From assembly GCF_009914755.1 (NCBI RefSeq), contig NC_060928.1: DNA of 64,000 bases, one strand, 5' to 3'. This document shows, piece by piece, positions 57,271-64,000 of this stretch. The notes under the pieces are model-generated. The model saw only the letters and a program-made list of their open reading frames with translations, was not told the DNA's origin and made no database searches. How positions within the stretch are numbered: the stretch's first letter is position 1; each line of letters begins with the position of its first letter. Source of the DNA: the human T2T-CHM13v2.0 reference genome, Homo sapiens. The translations under genes and the position numbers were made by a program.

Positions 57271-57692
57271 TATACCATGGGATGACTCAACTATTACAAA
57301 GCATCATAAGACCTACCCCAAGATATTAACTCATTCACTAAGCATTTACTGAGCACCAGTTTTTCTAGGCACCGTCAAGGTCTGGGAATACAATGATAAG
57401 TAAGGCAGAGGGACTTTTAAGAAAAAGAAAGAAGCAAATAAATGATTAATTACAATACGATGGACTAACTGCCAGCCTAGGGCATATAGAAAGGGCTGCA
57501 GGAGCATAAATGGGACTATACTTGGTAGAGAAGCCTCCTTGGAGGGATGGAAGAGAGGAGGGATATCTGAGGGGGAGAAAATAGACGGAATCCCCAATAT
57601 AGTTAACAAAGTGAATTTCAAAAAACAAACTCATTACCTTTACTTACCTCAAGGAAAAATTAATGATGCCACGTTTCGAGAATATGAATCAT

Positions 57693-58200
57693 TTTGAGTC
57701 AGGGTCCTTGCAGGACACATAGAAGTGACAAGTAAGACCATTTAATAATGGGACTATTTACAGAGTTGTGAAGAGAGTTAAAAACACCAACTAGGGCAGG
57801 AGAAGAATTATTAACTCTAGAAGCTAGAAGTTTTTACTGTCTGTAATCTGGGGAGTTTTTACCGTCTGTAATCTGGGGTGAGATCCTGGTAATCGGCAAA
57901 GAGATGCTGTTGTCCCTGAAACCTGACAATTGCTGTAATGGTGGGAAAGGCTCTGCTGCAAAAGGAGCTGTGGCTTTAAGTAGAGAAACACAGCCACTGT
58001 CTGAACACAGACCAACACCTGGGGAAAATAAAACTCGGATTTCGTTCTCCTCCTATCCATCAAGCTCCTACTAGTGCCTCCATTGGCCAACCAGAGGGCA
58101 AGAGAGTACAGGTGATGCAGTCCACAGAAGTCAGGTTCCTGGTACCTAGAGCAGGGTATGAAGGAAAGAGACTGGATCTGGAAAAGCAGAGAGCAACCAA
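57693..58200 (-). mobile_element. Ancient LTR (LTR67B/LTR78/LTR79-like)
   Basis: AGTCAGGGTCC...TTTAATAATGGGACTATTTACAGAG...CCTCCATTGGCCAA...GTGATGCAGTCCA. Confidence 0.45.
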
Positions 58201-60285
58201 CAGCCAGTTATTGCTCAAAAACAGTACTTGGTTATTCATCACCTCTAAAGAAAACAGGAAACAATAGCAAATGGGCAAAATGAAGACTTTTCTAGAAGAG
58301 CTACCTAATTACCAAAATCTGCAACATGAAATGGAAGTTGTAGAGATCTTGCGTAAAGGTTTTTAAATACAAAATTCATGTCACTTCTAGTCCTGATTCT
58401 CTGTAGTACTAATTACTGATTTGAAAATTTTTAAACCAAGGTGACTTATTTCCATCTACAGAACCTACTTCTCATAACCTCCATTTTAGAGAAGAGTTTT
58501 TTTTTTCATATGGCAAGCAAAGGTTATTTTTTCTACCTCTTACCATCGGTATATCTATTTCCTTCCTTCCTTTCCCACTACTGCTGCTTTGGTTCAAGCT
58601 ATTATCAACCAAGGCTCCTACTGGCCCTGATAGCAGTCAACTCCAGGTCTCTGAAATGACAGGCTGCTGTCTGCCCAGAGCGTTGAATATGCTCCCAGAA
58701 TACAACGTAAAATAAATTCAGATAATGGCACTAGGAATTTCACACAGAAAGATCTTTACTGATGATATTTTCCAATTTGCATGTAATTTGCAATAATTTT
58801 AACTACAAAATTACCGTTTAATTACCATTCAATCTTTTCTTTTTTTGGCTTCTTTTAGAGAGATCCATTAATTAAGGTGAGAAATTAGATGAATCTGGTT
58901 CTGCTGAATAAGGGAAATTGACTTTGATCTTTGTGTAAAAATGAGGCATTCAAAGAAATTCATTGATCAGCATTAATTAATGTTCTCTCTGACAGTATTT
59001 AGTTTCAAGTGTTTAGTAGTGCTGTCCCTTACTAAACTTTCTTTTACACTGCTCTCAGTAAAGTTTTAAATTGTGCAAAATTTCTTATTTATTCATTTTT
59101 TTCTTTGGCGAGCATGGAAAAATGGAGCCAATTGTCAAAGTTGACCCTGGGTATCAGTAAAAGAGCAAATGTTTCAAAAGTAGCAAGTATAACCTCTGTC
59201 TCTTTCTCTTCCCATGATACTGCAGAAAATAGAATTTGGAAGGTATTTATGGAAGAGGAAAGTGGAGAATGAAGAGTGGGAAACAGCAAGTGGTAACTAT
59301 GAAGCTTAATTCTCAGTATTTAAAAATAACTTTTCTACTTTTAGAGTAGCATACTAAACAATTGAACCCTTTTTCTGTTACAGTCATTAACTAATGGTAC
59401 AGACTATTTACTACCTTGTTGGTACTGGACTTAGCTCTGTACAAAACAATAATAAATAAGCTCAGTATTTATCTGCCCTCAGAACATTAGCATTATGAAT
59501 ACATATACATATAATGTGTGTGTGTATATATAGTGTGTGTATATAAAATGTGTACCCATATATTAAGTGTATATATATTTATGTCCCCATATATATGTGT
59601 ATATACTTTTATGTAATATATATTTTATACACATATATACTTATATATCCTGTTTTTTTTTCAGGTTAATATTAAGACACATATGGAAAACTTACACCAT
59701 ATGAGACACATCCATTGGCACTCTAGACCACCTACAGAATTACAGATGGGAGTCTCATGATCTTTATACTTCATCAAATAGTTCATACTCTCTGCCCAGG
59801 TCTTATCTGTGTTTTCTTAGAAGAACATAAAAATGTAATATGACTCTACCATCAAAAAATGTGTCAATAAAACTTAAACACAGTTTAAAAAATTAATGGT
59901 GAACGTTGCCAAATGTCTATGATAAATTTGTTTTAGAAAATATGATCATTGTGGGAATGAAGAAATAAAAATAATTAGACGAGCTAGAACAACCTTTACA
60001 AAAAAGATAGCTAACATATTTATTGAGCACTATGTGCCAGGCATCCTACCTTTATTTGCCATTTGATACTCACAGTAAACCAATGAGATAATATCATTGT
60101 ATAGTGTAATGATATGGTATAGGATATTGATTGTAATATGGTATTATGACCATGAGTATATTTAACCTTGCCAAACTTGCTAGAATTTAATTTCCCCATC
60201 TACAAGTGGGGAAAACCATCAACATTACCTGCTTCATGTGTGAAGTGCAAATAAGATTATGTATATATAATATTATATAAAAGAT

Positions 60286-60300
60286 ATATCTATCTATCTC

Positions 60301-60335
<35 letters not shown>

Positions 60336-60340
60336 GTCTA
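60286..60340. repeat. (TATC)n microsatellite
   Basis: Direct reading. Confidence 0.95.
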
Positions 60341-61179
60341 CTACTTTGAACAGTGTTCAACTTCCCACAGCTAATGAATGGTTTACTTGACAGTCTGACT
60401 CCCTGTCTGAATCCTAACCCTATGCTGTAGGTGGGAGAGGGACACAAAAAGACAGAGGTTAGCTTAAGCAAGGTTTCTCAAAGTGGTCCAATCTACCTAC
60501 ATTACAGTCATTGTGATTACATTTTTTAAGAAAAAATCTTATTCCTCTGTTCAAGATGACAAACTGAACCCATGGATTTATCTTCTTTCCTCCTCACTCT
60601 CTCTAAAATGGGAGGAAAGGAAAAAAAGAAGCTTCTCTTCCTATAAACAATGAAGACCGAAGTGGGGGAAGCTGCCATCCCAAAAGAGATCTAAACAGAT
60701 AGGAAAGATGAGCAGGTGAACTGCTAATGGATATTCGTAAAGCTTGTCAGAGTAACATAAGAAAAGAGCCTCCAGCAGAGAAGGTAGTTTGTCTTTCATT
60801 GAAACCCAGAAATTCCACTTTCAATGGAGGTTTAGAGTGAGATGTAGTTTATTTTAAACAGGATATAAATGCAAGTCTTTTCATACATCCATAGATTCCT
60901 TCATCCCTCTTCCCTATCCCAGTGCCACAAACACTAGGCAGGCAGGTGCTTTTACTCTAGGGAATAAAATTAATTTTTTTTATTGAGAAAAAATTGAACA
61001 TATCAGTTTTTATGAGCCTTGAGGGAGATCTCCTGAGTATGGTGGCACAGCTAAGTGAGAGCTGAAATTTTCTTCTTCCTTGCTTGTCATAAAATTGCAG
61101 TCCTGTCATGAAGGTCAACCATGGGAAGAAGGGGCACAGTGAATCTACCCAGGCATCTTTTCTATTTTTATTAGTCTAG

Positions 61180-62136
<957 letters not shown>

Positions 62137-62509
62137 CTATACAGCACTTTTTAATGCACCTTTTCCTAAGAGTTGGAAAGAATGGTTTGCAAAGTTTATA
62201 GGTTATTACAATTCCCAGACAGTCTTTACATGCCCCATGCTCCACCCTTTATTTGCTTGATTTCTTTTCAGCTAGTATCTTATCCTTCACACTACCTGTT
62301 GCTTCCAACCTTGATTGAGCATTGAACGCCAAAAGCAAGATTCATGTTCCTTTTCTTGTTGGAGGGTACCAGTGCCAAGTGGAAATTCCGAAAAAGTCAG
62401 GTGAATTTGGGCTGCTCATGAGGGAGTAGGTAGGTCACAGCAAAGCTTTCACTCCTATTTTTAGGACCCAGAGTTTCAAGGTCAGAGTTCTCTATAAATA
62501 GCCCAAGAT

Positions 62510-62873
<364 letters not shown>

Positions 62874-64000
62874 CTAAACCGATGCTCGTATACTTTGTTC
62901 ATGTATTTTCTCTGGAAACAGGTTTAAACTGAACTTCAACCACTGCCTTATTCTGTGTTCCTGCAGAATGACTTCATAGTAGGTCTTTTCCTTAATACAT
63001 GTTCCTGTGGTCTTTATAGGTCCAGAAAATCAACTGTCAGATTCTGGAGTTGAAACATGAACTGAATCTGAATAGAGACGAGAACCGTTAGAGAAACTAT
63101 TGGGATACATGGGGCTATCTAAAGGACAGCAAGTACACCTTCATTTTCAGCTCCTGACGTTATTGGGCTGCCCTGAAAGAGACACAATAGAACATTGACA
63201 AACTAGGCAGAATCTATAATGCTTTCATTTTATACCTTAGAAATATCTAAAATAATGTGAATTTTCATTTGGGAATTTACGTGTTCTTTCAGTATGTTTT
63301 GATACAAGTACATGAAGTCTCCAGAGGCCCCTACAGCAATGAAGTTGAAATACAGAATGAAGGACAACAAGATTGACTGCGGATTTCTCACTCCACAATT
63401 CCCCATCCAATGAGTCCTAGAGTACTTAGAAATGGAGTAACCTTAGCAAGTTTCACGGTTAAGACCAGAGGATCCCATTGTGCAAGGTCTGATTAGGGTT
63501 CAGGTTATGCTTATGGTATAATTCCGTTACCACATGTGTCTAATACCAACTATTGACTCTAATGCTGTTCTTTAAAAGGTTAAGTCTTATCCAGGACAAA
63601 GCATGTACTGAAAAAGCATGCGGGAAATCTACTTAGAATGGTTGGCATTTGTCTCCTGGACATTACTAGGAAGGCTGCCAGTTCATTTGCCTTTAAAAAG
63701 ACAAAGACAAAATTCCTGAAAGCAAATTGGTCCATGTACTGCATTGGAATTTATTCCCTAAACTCTATAAAAAAGATAACATAAATATTATGCAATGAAT
63801 TCATGAAAAGATAATGTGTCAAATTGATGTTATTAAAATTATAATCATGTATAATTAGGAAGACATCTACTGTGTTTTAGTCACGTACTGGCTCTAGACA
63901 AAATTTAAAATCAACAGAACATAACAGCAATTATGATAATGGACATTTAATTCACCATTAGATAGATTCACAATTGAAATGAAGTAATTCCATGAACAAT

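Overview
AT-rich primate (human-like) genomic DNA, intergenic or deep intronic, and dominated by interspersed repeats. No host protein-coding exon, tRNA, rRNA or CRISPR array could be recognised; the ORFs I could assign are retroelement remnants, Alu- or L1-derived, and the rest look like chance ORFs. Main content: (1) the 3' part of an internally deleted ERV-L/HERV-S (HERVL18-type) provirus with gag fragments joined almost directly to an env TM fragment, then PPT and LTR18; (2) an old + strand L1M hosting nested insertions, including a solo LTR18, an MLT2A-type LTR and a full-length, decayed minus-strand L1PA with an open ORF0-like frame; (3) many Alus, MaLR/ERV LTRs, Tigger, hAT and MADE1 DNA transposon fossils, MIR and L2. 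The most unusual signals are structural. Four short locally templated insertions lie between 37.7 and 53.0 kb, two of them apparently copied in opposite directions around a tail-to-tail inverted Alu pair and an (AT)n tract. There is also a ~200 bp fold-back palindrome built from MADE1 ends. Subfamily names come from recalled consensus sequences, not from a RepeatMasker run. I found no convincing new gene system.
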